A DNA stretch of 32,000 bases from Nitrososphaerota archaeon. GTDB taxonomy: Archaea; Thermoproteota; Nitrososphaeria; Nitrososphaerales; Nitrosopumilaceae. Every line of letters begins with the position of its first letter. Positions within the stretch are counted from its first letter, which is position 1. The DNA is taken from contig JAJPGX010000015.1 in NCBI GenBank assembly GCA_021325595.1, forward strand, positions 20,824 through 52,823, in the 5' to 3' direction. Under the pieces are notes generated by a model that ran no database searches, was not told the DNA's origin, and worked only from the letters and a program-made list of their open reading frames with translations. The position numbers were made by a program, and so were the translations under genes. This document shows positions 17,725-25,580 of the stretch, one piece after another.

Positions 17725-19050
17725 TTATTTTGGGATTGAGAAATAAAAGGTAGTACCATTACCCTCTTGGCTTTCAAACCAGATCTTTCCCCCTAAATTT
17801 TCTACAATACCCTTACAAATAACAAGACCAAAACCACTTCCACCATATTTTCTTTTTAGTGAAACATCAACCTGATAGAATTTTTTGAAGATAGAATCTT
17901 TTCTGTTTTCTGATATTCCTATCCCATTATCTTTTACATAAAATAGAACAGATGTACCGTCGTCACTAGCACCTATCTCAATTTTTCCTTCATCTTGTGG
18001 CACAAAGTCAATTGCATTTTGCACCAGATTATAAAAAACCTGTTCAAGTCTTTTTTTATCACTATTTAATGATGAATTTGTAGTTAAATCATTAACAAAC
18101 TCAATTTTTTTTTCAATCATCATTGGAGAACATGAATTAACCACATCGTTTATGAGGTCAGTAACATTGAATTGTTGTCTTTCAAATTCCATTTTATTAT
18201 TATATAATTTTTGGACGTCCACAATGTCATTGATTAGTTGTTCTAGTCGTAACGTATTATCTTGTATCTCACTAATTGCTTCTTTCTGCTTTTTAGTTAA
18301 TTTTGAAGATTCATTTAAGATCTGAACATTCTTTTTAATAGGTTCAAGTGGAATTTGACATTCTTTTGATATCATCATATAGAATCCTTCTTTTGATGAA
18401 TTCATCTTTTGTAGTTCCTCAAGCTGAATTTTTTGTCGCTCATGTTCTTCTAGAACTTTTCGTGCTTTGTAAATATCGGATATATCACGTATAACGCTGT
18501 TACTTCCAATCAATTTACCACTATCATCGTAGATGTTATTTGCGCTTATTATTCCTGGAAATGTTGTCCCGTCCTTTCGTTTAAACCAAATTTCTTTATT
18601 CTCAACATGACCTGCTCGTTTCCACGTATCAAAACTATCACGCATGTCTTTTTGACTTTGTTCTGCTGCATGTTCAAAAAGCGATTTTCCAATTATCTCA
18701 TTTTTTTCATATCCAAAAGTTTTTGCATATTTTTCATTACATGCAAGAATTATACCATCAGTATTTACAGTGCGTTGTGGTACTGGAGAGTTTTCATATA
18801 AATTTCTATATTTGATACTATCGGTTGCTGATATTGATTTTGTACCTTCAACTTGATATGATTTTACTAATAGGGGATTTTTCTGACCTTTACTGCTTGC
18901 CCAGATAATTACTCCCCCTATCACAATTCCTGCAAGACCCAGATAAAATGCATGGTATGCATTTGGAACATTTGGATCAAGACCATAGTCCATTACTGCT
19001 ATTCCCAGTATTATGATTAGAATGCCACTGGTAATACCGAATGTGTTCAT
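17725..19050 (-). CDS. Membrane-bound PAS-domain sensor histidine kinase-like protein with an atypical H-box
   Basis: 441 aa. It has two N-terminal TM helices, a PAS region (NLYENSPVPQRTVNTDGIILACNEKYAKTFGYEKNEIIGKSLFEH...), and N (LVQNAIDF), G1 (VKDNGIGI), F and G2 (GGSGFGLVICKGIV) boxes. The H-box position reads MMISKECQIPLEPI. Confidence 0.85.
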   Translation of the reverse strand: MNTFGITSGILIIILGIAVMDYGLDPNVPNAYHAFYLGLAGIVIGGVIIWASSKGQKNPLLVKSYQVEGTKSISATDSIKYRNLYENSPVPQRTVNTDGIILACNEKYAKTFGYEKNEIIGKSLFEHAAEQSQKDMRDSFDTWKRAGHVENKEIWFKRKDGTTFPGIISANNIYDDSGKLIGSNSVIRDISDIYKARKVLEEHERQKIQLEELQKMNSSKEGFYMMISKECQIPLEPIKKNVQILNESSKLTKKQKEAISEIQDNTLRLEQLINDIVDVQKLYNNKMEFERQQFNVTDLINDVVNSCSPMMIEKKIEFVNDLTTNSSLNSDKKRLEQVFYNLVQNAIDFVPQDEGKIEIGASDDGTSVLFYVKDNGIGISENRKDSIFKKFYQVDVSLKRKYGGSGFGLVICKGIVENLGGKIWFESQEGNGTTFYFSIPK

Positions 19051-19235
19051 TTTATGAATAAAAGATCCTTTACATAACTGAATTGAAAGGTTGATTTTGT
19101 ATAGACTGAATTATGAAATAAACAATATTGATTCATATGAAAAACCCCCATCCCCAAATCAATACACATATAGTGTAAAACTAGAAGATTAACTTTTCAT
19201 TTTGGTTTAATAATCAATACAGATCTGCGGTACAA

Positions 19236-19775
19236 TCAATATTCTAGGATAGAAATGATAGTATCAAGTAATTCCTGAATTCTTGCCTTTATACCACTTA
19301 TTACTTGAGAAATTTCCATCTTTGTTATCCTTGCTTCATGAATACGTGCATTCTTTGATGCATAATCCATTCCATGATTAGTGATAAAATTATTGAATTT
19401 ATCTAAAAATTGACTTCCAATTATTATTTGGTCCTTATTTTCAAGGTCATTTACTGAATGATATACAGTAGATTTACCAAAAAGATTTACTATATCAGGT
19501 GGTAATGATATTGGATTGCCATAAAGATCATAAAACTTCCAATCAGTTTTTCTATAAGATGGTAAGTTTTGATATAGCTCATCTCTTGTCTTATACTTTA
19601 TAAGATATCCATTAATTTCAAGATCCAACCAAGTGTTCTTATCAGAAATTTGGAGAGTTTTGCATATGTTTTTACAAACTAATAAGATGTCATGAATTGA
19701 TTTTCTTTCATCCAATAGATCCACACTAGTATTTTTAACAATCTGGAGAATTTCCTCTTTTTTATTTGAGCTCAA
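19236..19775 (-). CDS. Hypothetical protein with an AbiTii-like N-terminal pattern
   Basis: 179 aa with a TTG start. ILLVCKNICKTLQISDKNTWLDLEINGY resembles the AbiTii N-terminal signature (..a..la..L....l..W...ELnGY) as I remember it. A PD...ENK string (PPDIV...DLENKD) is also present. The ORF is co-directional with, and 54 nt downstream of, the Dam gene. Confidence 0.55.
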   Translation of the reverse strand: MSSNKKEEILQIVKNTSVDLLDERKSIHDILLVCKNICKTLQISDKNTWLDLEINGYLIKYKTRDELYQNLPSYRKTDWKFYDLYGNPISLPPDIVNLFGKSTVYHSVNDLENKDQIIIGSQFLDKFNNFITNHGMDYASKNARIHEARITKMEISQVISGIKARIQELLDTIISILEY

Positions 19776-19829
19776 ATATACCTAACACTCGATTTATCTT
19801 TGATTTCTACTTTACTTCCATACCTAAAA

Positions 19830-20690
19830 TTAATAATTTTTAATCAGTAATTCGATATGGCCAGTACGCTTTCCTGAAACAGAATTTATAAATCTGTTTG
19901 CATTTATTTCGATTATTCCTTTTGAAAATTCTTGATATAGATGCATAATTTCCTTTGATTTTGAATTAGATAGTAGGATCTTTGCTCCTTTTTTATCAAG
20001 GGATTTGAATTTTCCAAATAATCTTTCTTGGTCTTTATAGTTAAAATCGCTGTCTGTATAGCTTGTAAAATTAGCGGTGTTGCTAACTGGTTGATAGGGA
20101 GGATCAAGATAGACAAAATCACCTTTCTCTACATTCTTTAGTGCGTCTTCGAAATCATGATGCTTGATGGATATATCTTTTGATTGAAGCGTATAATGAA
20201 CAGCTAGAAGGTTTTCTTTATTCACAATGTTTGGATTGACATATTTGCCTAATGGTACATTGAATTTTCCTTTGCTATTTACTCGATAAAGACCATTAAA
20301 ACAAGTTTTATTGAGAAATAACAATCTAGATACCTTATCAACTTGATTTTTTGGATTGGTATCTCTTACCTTATAATAATAGACACTAGGATTTTTGAAG
20401 TAACTTGTAGAATGTGATTCTAGTGATTCGATGAGTTCTTTTATTTTATCTCTAATTGTGATATAGGATAAAACTAGTTCTGAGTTAAGATCTGAAACAA
20501 ACCACTTTACTTGTTTTTTTTGTATCACTAAATGGAAAAATACAGCTCCGCCACCTAGAAATGGTTCAAAATATCTATTGAATTCATCAGGAATATGCTT
20601 TTCAATTATTGGTAGTAGTTGTCTTTTTCCGCCAGCCCATTTGACAAATGGTTTTGGTACAACTGACAATATCTGATATTGTTGCTTCAA
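19830..20690 (-). CDS. dam: DNA adenine methyltransferase (Dam/MethyltransfD12 family, N6-adenine)
   Basis: 286 aa. FVKWAGGKRQLLPII, the SAM-binding FEPFLGGGAVFF and the catalytic VYLDPPY are present. TTG start. Confidence 0.9.
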   Translation of the reverse strand: MKQQYQILSVVPKPFVKWAGGKRQLLPIIEKHIPDEFNRYFEPFLGGGAVFFHLVIQKKQVKWFVSDLNSELVLSYITIRDKIKELIESLESHSTSYFKNPSVYYYKVRDTNPKNQVDKVSRLLFLNKTCFNGLYRVNSKGKFNVPLGKYVNPNIVNKENLLAVHYTLQSKDISIKHHDFEDALKNVEKGDFVYLDPPYQPVSNTANFTSYTDSDFNYKDQERLFGKFKSLDKKGAKILLSNSKSKEIMHLYQEFSKGIIEINANRFINSVSGKRTGHIELLIKNY

Positions 20691-20795
20691 TAAAGAATAA
20701 TGTCATAATCTTATTTTGTGCAATATGGCAACAAAAGATCACACATTGTATAGCTTTTTTTAATCAAGTAGGCACTCAAGGTAGCTTACTCGTGA

Positions 20796-20826
20796 TAGAA
20801 TAAAGAAAGTAAAAGGAAAGGGGTTT
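20796..20826 (-). terminator. Pyrimidine-rich putative terminator after amoA
   Basis: The minus strand directly after the stop reads AAAACCCCTTTCCTTTTACTTTCTTTATTCT. T/C tracts of this kind act as archaeal termination signals. Confidence 0.45.
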
Positions 20827-21477
20827 TTAATCCCACTTACTCCAAGCTGCCATCCATCTGTAGGTCCATGTTGTTAGTTTGCAACCTAATGCAGTCATTG
20901 TTACTGTCAAAACTGCAGAGGCGCCTGAACCTAATGCGACCGGACTATCGTAGAACTTTCCTACTTGAGGTTCTATCGGAGTCATGTATGGAGGCAATGT
21001 AGTTCTTGGGTATTTGAAAGCCATCTCAAGCGGATCATCAATTGTGATCAAGTTGATCATGTTGAACAATCCCATTGACATTCCACAAAGCACACCGCCC
21101 ATTAGGATCAAAGAGTGTTTGTTCTTCTTTGTTGCCCAATATACCAAGTCCATCAATATTGCAGATGGGATCCACATTGGTACTACGATGAAGCTATATG
21201 GATATCCTAGAGAGAACCACGCACCTTTTGCAATCCATGTATACACTGTCATTATCAGCGCATAGTATGTTGCTGTTCCTGGAACACCAGTGAACGTTAG
21301 GTAATATGCTGCACCGACTGCGAGCATTAATGATTGTGATAAAGTGAATATCACAAACGATGTCCATGCCCAGTCTGTGTAGAATATGTAGTCTCCTGCG
21401 TTGATTGTCAACAAGGTTGAGTTGACTGCGACCACTACTATAAACAAGTAGTGAGTACATCGTCTTAGCCAGACCAT
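20827..21477 (-). CDS. amoA: Ammonia monooxygenase subunit A (archaeal)
   Basis: 216 aa. MVWLRRCTHYLFIVVVAVNSTLLTINAGDYIFYTDWAWTSF...TWTYRWMAAWSKWD is nearly identical in long stretches to Nitrosopumilus-type AmoA as I remember it. Confidence 0.98.
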   Translation of the reverse strand: MVWLRRCTHYLFIVVVAVNSTLLTINAGDYIFYTDWAWTSFVIFTLSQSLMLAVGAAYYLTFTGVPGTATYYALIMTVYTWIAKGAWFSLGYPYSFIVVPMWIPSAILMDLVYWATKKNKHSLILMGGVLCGMSMGLFNMINLITIDDPLEMAFKYPRTTLPPYMTPIEPQVGKFYDSPVALGSGASAVLTVTMTALGCKLTTWTYRWMAAWSKWD

Positions 21478-21499
21478 TGGCTTCTATGGAGAAAGTGAT

Positions 21500-21510
21500 G
21501 TATATAAAAT
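21500..21510 (-). promoter_or_regulatory. TATA-like box of amoA
   Basis: The minus strand reads TTTTATATA followed by 23 nt and then the amoA ATG. This spacing fits a leaderless or very short-leader archaeal transcript. Confidence 0.4.
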
Positions 21511-21563
21511 TTTATGATGTACGAGATCAGTACTTAATGAATACCATATGGTAAAGGTCAAAT

Positions 21564-21592
21564 CAATAAAAGAAAAGATGAAAAGGGGGTTT
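21564..21592 (-). terminator. Pyrimidine-rich putative terminator after amoX
   Basis: The minus strand after the stop reads AAACCCCCTTTTCATCTTTTCTTTTATTG. Confidence 0.45.
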
Positions 21593-21955
21593 CTATCCGA
21601 AGAAGAAGCTATCAGTCACAATTGTTGCAACAGCGATTGCTGCGATCACACCAGCCACTAGACCGTTGTATGTCTTTGCTTTATCAGTGCCTTCGGTTAC
21701 TACTTTGACACTAAACAAGTAGCCGATAGCCTCAATGATTGTAAGTACAGTTAAAGCAAAGTGTGCGCTTGGCGGTGGATATGCCCATGGATAGTATACC
21801 ACTGCAACGGCAACTCCTGCCCATGTTCCTACCCAGAGTGCAATAAATGCACCTGTGATGATTCCTATCATGTTTTCAGCACGTCTACCTATCATCTTGG
21901 AAACATCGGAACTAGAAGCTCCGCCACCTGTACCGAATCCTTTTGGTAAGGTCAT
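21593..21955 (-). CDS. amoX: AmoX, the small membrane protein conserved between amoA and amoC in ammonia-oxidising archaea
   Basis: 120 aa, Gly/Ala-rich with hydrophobic helices. Its position between amoA and amoC is the canonical place of amoX in Nitrosopumilus-type clusters. Confidence 0.82.
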   Translation of the reverse strand: MTLPKGFGTGGGASSSDVSKMIGRRAENMIGIITGAFIALWVGTWAGVAVAVVYYPWAYPPPSAHFALTVLTIIEAIGYLFSVKVVTEGTDKAKTYNGLVAGVIAAIAVATIVTDSFFFG

Positions 21956-22026
21956 TTGGTTTTATAACATAGATGTATGCTTTTAAATCTTTTCTTGAGA
22001 TGAGATACGATTTCCGTCAGATTGAT

Positions 22027-22062
22027 CGAAGAAAAATAAGAAAAAGATGCGCTAGTGCGCGT
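22027..22062 (-). terminator. Hairpin plus T-tract putative terminator after amoC
   Basis: The minus strand reads ACGCGCACTAGCGCATCTTTTTCTTATTTTTCTTCG. A 6-bp GC-rich stem (22047-22062, including one G-U pair) is followed by T-rich tracts. Confidence 0.5.
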
Positions 22063-22626
22063 CTATGGGATTGATCTACTGTACAATTTGCCTTCTAGAG
22101 CCATCTTGTACATTTCTGCAACGTATGGATTCTCACCTGGTGTTTCTGCTCCAAGTTCGACAAGTCGTGCATATACTCTTACTACATAGGCAAGTGCACC
22201 CATGAAAGCAACGACGACACCCATGTTAAACATCCAGTGGTTTGGAACTGCGAAGATCTCCTCTACATACCAAAAGTGCCACATTTCATTGACACCAATT
22301 GTGAACATGGTTGCTAGATAACCAAGGATGGTCATCTTAAGACCGGTGTTCATTGAATTGTTTGGACCTCTCAGAATTGGTACCTTTCTGTCATAGATAG
22401 CAACTGAAGCCCAACCTAATGGGAGTGCTATAAAGTGACTGTAAAGCCACCAGTGTGCTGGTGTGAAGGCACTATCTCTGATTGATGTTTGGTGTAGTGA
22501 TCCATCTACGAAGTTATCGACCTCTACTGATGCAGCGATTGATCCCAATGCGATGATGATTAGCCAGATCTTTTTCAATCTCTGGATCTCAACTTCTTTT
22601 GGAATAAGTGCCGGCATTTGTGCCAT
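22063..22626 (-). CDS. amoC: Ammonia monooxygenase subunit C (archaeal)
   Basis: 187 aa. MAQMPALIPKEVEIQRLKKIW...SLHQTSIRDSAFTPAHWWLYSHF...EMWHFWYVEE matches archaeal AmoC. Confidence 0.97.
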   Translation of the reverse strand: MAQMPALIPKEVEIQRLKKIWLIIIALGSIAASVEVDNFVDGSLHQTSIRDSAFTPAHWWLYSHFIALPLGWASVAIYDRKVPILRGPNNSMNTGLKMTILGYLATMFTIGVNEMWHFWYVEEIFAVPNHWMFNMGVVVAFMGALAYVVRVYARLVELGAETPGENPYVAEMYKMALEGKLYSRSIP

Positions 22627-22780
22627 GTATTGACGAACGAGTTTTAAATATTTAAACCATGAGTTTTGAAAAACATATTATTTAATAAAAAATTTACATA
22701 TTAATAAAAGAAAATCATAACTTCTGTAATTAATTCTCATATATCATGTATTAAATATCATAGGGAAAAAATTACTCCAT

Positions 22781-22808
22781 ATGTTCAACATTGATGTTCA
22801 ACAGTGAT
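22781..22808. repeat. Tandem 13-nt repeat (2.2 copies), each unit holding the palindrome TGTT-C-AACA, in the amoC-amoB divergent intergenic region
   Basis: ATGTTCAACATTG ATGTTCAACAGTG AT is read directly from the sequence, with 12 of 13 positions identical between units. Confidence 0.8.
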
Positions 22809-22891
22809 CCACTCATGTTTTAACAAGATCTAATCCCACAAAGGGTAAAACATATATCGTTGTAGTTTATCAGTTGGAATAGTTAAGCGAT

Positions 22892-23458
22892 ATGGTCGAT
22901 AAGAAGTTTATTGTAGCTGCGATAGGTGTAATCGTTGCACTTGGAGCAGTTGGACCATCATTTGCACAAATGTTCCAACAAGCAGAAGCCCACGGTGTTC
23001 AGGCGCAACTTCAGAGTCGTTTCGTTAGGATAGATGATGAGACTTGGTCAAAACAATCTGTTCAGACAGGCGATACACTGACGGTGTCTGGTAAATTCGT
23101 AAGTCTCGTCAACAGAGACTTGAGAGGATGGTACACCGTGTATGGTGACTCTCCAAACGCTGGTAACAGATGGGAGATTGTAGCAAGGGATCCACCTGGT
23201 AACGTAATCGATATACCAGCAAACTCAGTGATTCCATACAAACTAACAATCAGAGCATTAGAACCATCAGTATACCACATGCACACACAGCTTAACGTAG
23301 CAAGCATCGGCCCAGGTCTAGGTCCAGGACAAACAGTCGTGGTAACAGGCAATCCAATTGTAAAGCCAATTCCATATACAAACGTGATGTATCAATCAAT
23401 TGTAATTGGAGTAGGATATGCAATTACTTTTGCAACAAGACCTTGGCAAGTGATTTAA
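22892..23458 (+). CDS. amoB: Ammonia monooxygenase subunit B (archaeal short form)
   Basis: 188 aa. A signal peptide ending AEA is followed by HGVQAQLQSRF, so a mature N-terminal His is expected, as at the copper site of the pMMO/AMO family. There is a single cupredoxin-like domain plus a C-terminal TM helix. Confidence 0.97.
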   Translation: MVDKKFIVAAIGVIVALGAVGPSFAQMFQQAEAHGVQAQLQSRFVRIDDETWSKQSVQTGDTLTVSGKFVSLVNRDLRGWYTVYGDSPNAGNRWEIVARDPPGNVIDIPANSVIPYKLTIRALEPSVYHMHTQLNVASIGPGLGPGQTVVVTGNPIVKPIPYTNVMYQSIVIGVGYAITFATRPWQVI

Positions 23459-23490
23459 AAAATCACCCCCTCTCTTTTCATTTTCTAAAT
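23459..23490 (+). terminator. Pyrimidine-rich putative terminator after amoB
   Basis: AAAATCACCCCCTCTCTTTTCATTTTCTAAATC follows the stop directly. Its core is nearly identical to the sequence after amt. Confidence 0.5.
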
Positions 23491-23504
23491 CACATACTGC
23501 AAAG

Positions 23505-23786
23505 TCAGGACATTCCTTTTTTTGTTTCAATAAATTCCAAAGTCCACTTTCGAACATAATAGACAGGAATTCCAATTGTAATTGGCAATGATAAAATCAT
23601 ACCATAGGGCCATGATATGCTCATTTGGATGACCAAGTCAATTAAAAAAATAGCAACTTCAAGAAAAATGCCTTGTATTAATTTGTGAATTCTATAGAAT
23701 GCGATTAATTGAGTCACAAAAGTAGGTATAATTGCAAGTATCATCTGAGTCCTGAGAAATTTTTTTGTGTTATCTTGTGTATCCAT
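23505..23786 (-). CDS. Small membrane protein (about 3 helices), hypothetical
   Basis: 93 aa, hydrophobic throughout, convergent with amoB. Confidence 0.55.
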   Translation of the reverse strand: MDTQDNTKKFLRTQMILAIIPTFVTQLIAFYRIHKLIQGIFLEVAIFLIDLVIQMSISWPYGMILSLPITIGIPVYYVRKWTLEFIETKKGMS

Positions 23787-23900
23787 GTCATTTCAACCCA
23801 GAGTTCTTGTGCAAGTCTATTATTCAAGTATTCTGAAATTCACTTCTGGAAATTTAATGAGGTTTGATATTGAATAATTATCTCTGTGCAAAATCGGGGT

Positions 23901-24425
23901 TTAGAGAGTTTTCTCTGTTTTTTTGATTTGTTCTATCAGTTTTTCAATTCCAATCTTACTGTATACATAGTGACCAACACCATTGATTGTTTCTCCTCGT
24001 ACTTCGTTAAAAGTTAAAATTTGATTATAGGTCTGTTCTACATAAAATAAATTATTATCAAATGCTATTGCTTTTGTTTCGACTGTCAATTTAGGATAAT
24101 TATTTGGATTGTGTCTATTCCCATACATGTCTGGCATCATTTCTCTCAATCTGCCTGCCATATCTGAACCATAAGGAATACAAACTAGAGTTTTATCGTT
24201 AGGATGTATGACACCTTTAGTAATTATATCTTCAAGGAATTTGCGGTAAAATATTAATTCATTTTTAACTAATCGTTTCACATTATTCTTAAATCTTCTA
24301 TTCTTTAGAAACTCGGTAAGCCAATAACTACCAAACGTTGCTCCTATGCCAACTAGCACTCCTATGGTAATATCGTATTTCCCAAGTTCAGCGATAGGCT
24401 GACTCGTAGCTGTTGCATTAATCAA
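23901..24425 (-). CDS. Hypothetical protein with an N-terminal TM helix
   Basis: 174 aa with a TTG start, so the start is uncertain. One helix (ITIGVLVGIGATFGSYWL) is followed by a soluble domain. Confidence 0.55.
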   Translation of the reverse strand: MINATATSQPIAELGKYDITIGVLVGIGATFGSYWLTEFLKNRRFKNNVKRLVKNELIFYRKFLEDIITKGVIHPNDKTLVCIPYGSDMAGRLREMMPDMYGNRHNPNNYPKLTVETKAIAFDNNLFYVEQTYNQILTFNEVRGETINGVGHYVYSKIGIEKLIEQIKKTEKTL

Positions 24426-24530
24426 ATTACAATTTCTTAGATGCTAACTTAATCAGGTTTTCTACTTGTTTTGACCTAAATCCAATTTAATCCCTGCTTG
24501 TTAATCTGACTGATTTTAATTTCTAGAAAA

Positions 24531-25220
24531 TCAATATTGTATTTTAAAGTCATCAAAATAGGCTTCAGTGTCTGCTTTGGTCCATAATCCCATTTGACCT
24601 GATACGTAATTATGATCATTTGCTCGAATTAGAAGATGATTGTCAAGCGTAGCGGCAATTCCTTGTGATGAAACTATAGCTTTCAGAGAATGCCACTCTC
24701 CAGGCGCAATGGAGATCTGTTTATCGTAGCTACAGATAAGAAATTCCGGTGTTTGCTTGCATAAAGATAATCTGTTTGCCATGGAATCTGCCATTAAAAC
24801 AAAATAATGTTGGTCATCGATAAATCTAACGATCATGCCGACTGATCTTGCTTTTTCACCTGATACGATTTTGAATTTCATCGTTATGTTTGCATTATCG
24901 GTACTAGGTGAGTTAGGAAGTATTTGCAGATGAGTATTAGTAACATTATCAATGATGGGTAATTTTACTAGTACGTTAGGTTTTGATGGTGAGTCCGAAA
25001 CAGTTTGTACTACCCAAGAGGGCGTCTTATCAGTTGACATTGAAGCAAATCCTTGTGGCGATGTTCCGTTTTGATATGAATCAAAGTCCCAAGTTACTGT
25101 ATGCTTGTATGGAAAAGCGATTTGTGTGTTGTAAAATGCTATAATTATCCCTATTACAGTAATACCAGCATAGATAGCTAGACGTTTTTTTCTATTTAGT
25201 CGTGGTTTTTCTGTTGACAA
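24531..25220 (-). CDS. Membrane-anchored protein with a concanavalin-A/LamG-like (DUF1080-like) jelly-roll domain
   Basis: 229 aa with an N-terminal TM helix. The pattern PQGF...WVVQ...VGMIVRFIDDQHYFVL...GEWHSLKAIVSSQGIAATLDNHLL...GQMGLWTKADTEAYFDDFKI follows the LamG/DUF1080 layout as I remember it. Confidence 0.62.
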   Translation of the reverse strand: MSTEKPRLNRKKRLAIYAGITVIGIIIAFYNTQIAFPYKHTVTWDFDSYQNGTSPQGFASMSTDKTPSWVVQTVSDSPSKPNVLVKLPIIDNVTNTHLQILPNSPSTDNANITMKFKIVSGEKARSVGMIVRFIDDQHYFVLMADSMANRLSLCKQTPEFLICSYDKQISIAPGEWHSLKAIVSSQGIAATLDNHLLIRANDHNYVSGQMGLWTKADTEAYFDDFKIQY

Positions 25221-25282
25221 GAATATCTACAGGTCTTGCAATCCATGATCGATATAAAAGTACGATTTTGAAAAAACATTCA

Positions 25283-25483
25283 TTATTTTTTTTCACGTTT
25301 TCGCGGTTTTTGTTTGCTACGCCACTTATCAAATCCCCAACGAGTTGCACTAAAAGCACCAACTGCAAAGAAAAAAAATCCAACCATGATGAAGAGCCAA
25401 CTTTTTACATAAAGTCCAAAGAGAAAACCAATTATTGCACTAACAAATTGTAACACTACAAATACTGCCCATCTATCTACCAT
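25283..25483 (-). CDS. Small membrane protein (two helices, basic tail)
   Basis: 66 aa with an ATG start: MVDRWAVFVVLQFVSAIIGFLFGLYVKSWLFIMVGFFFFAVGAF...KQKPRKREKK. Preferred over the overlapping ORFs 25192..25383 and 25202..25453. Confidence 0.5.
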   Translation of the reverse strand: MVDRWAVFVVLQFVSAIIGFLFGLYVKSWLFIMVGFFFFAVGAFSATRWGFDKWRSKQKPRKREKK

Positions 25484-25551
25484 TCCTAAGTCTCAGATCC
25501 ACATACTATTTACCGTTTCTTAAATTATACAAAATACTAATTTGCTGTCAA

Positions 25552-25580
25552 CATAAAAATGAAAAAGAGAGGGGATTAAA
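25552..25580 (-). terminator. Pyrimidine-rich putative terminator after amt
   Basis: The minus strand after the stop reads TTTAATCCCCTCTCTTTTTCATTTTTATG. It shares CCCCTCTCTTTT(T)CATTTT with the amoB 3' region. Confidence 0.5.

Noticed and set aside
19051-20826. Direct repeats or att sites flanking the Dam/AbiTii-like pair
   Set aside because: Only an 8-mer (TTGTATAG) is shared between the two flanks, which is not significant in AT-rich DNA.
20984-21460. ORFs 20984..21265 (+) and 21194..21460 (-) overlapping amoA
   Set aside because: These are shadow ORFs inside the unambiguous amoA frame and have an odd composition.
21761-21949. ORF 21761..21949 (+), antisense to amoX
   Set aside because: It is a Cys-rich antisense frame of a GC-elevated gene, so it is likely an artefact.
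23062-23352. ORF 23062..23352 (-) inside amoB
   Set aside because: It is antisense to the clearly identified amoB.
25192-25453. ORFs 25192..25383 (-) and 25202..25453 (+)
   Set aside because: They overlap the better-supported ORFs 24531..25220 and 25283..25483 and have poor composition.
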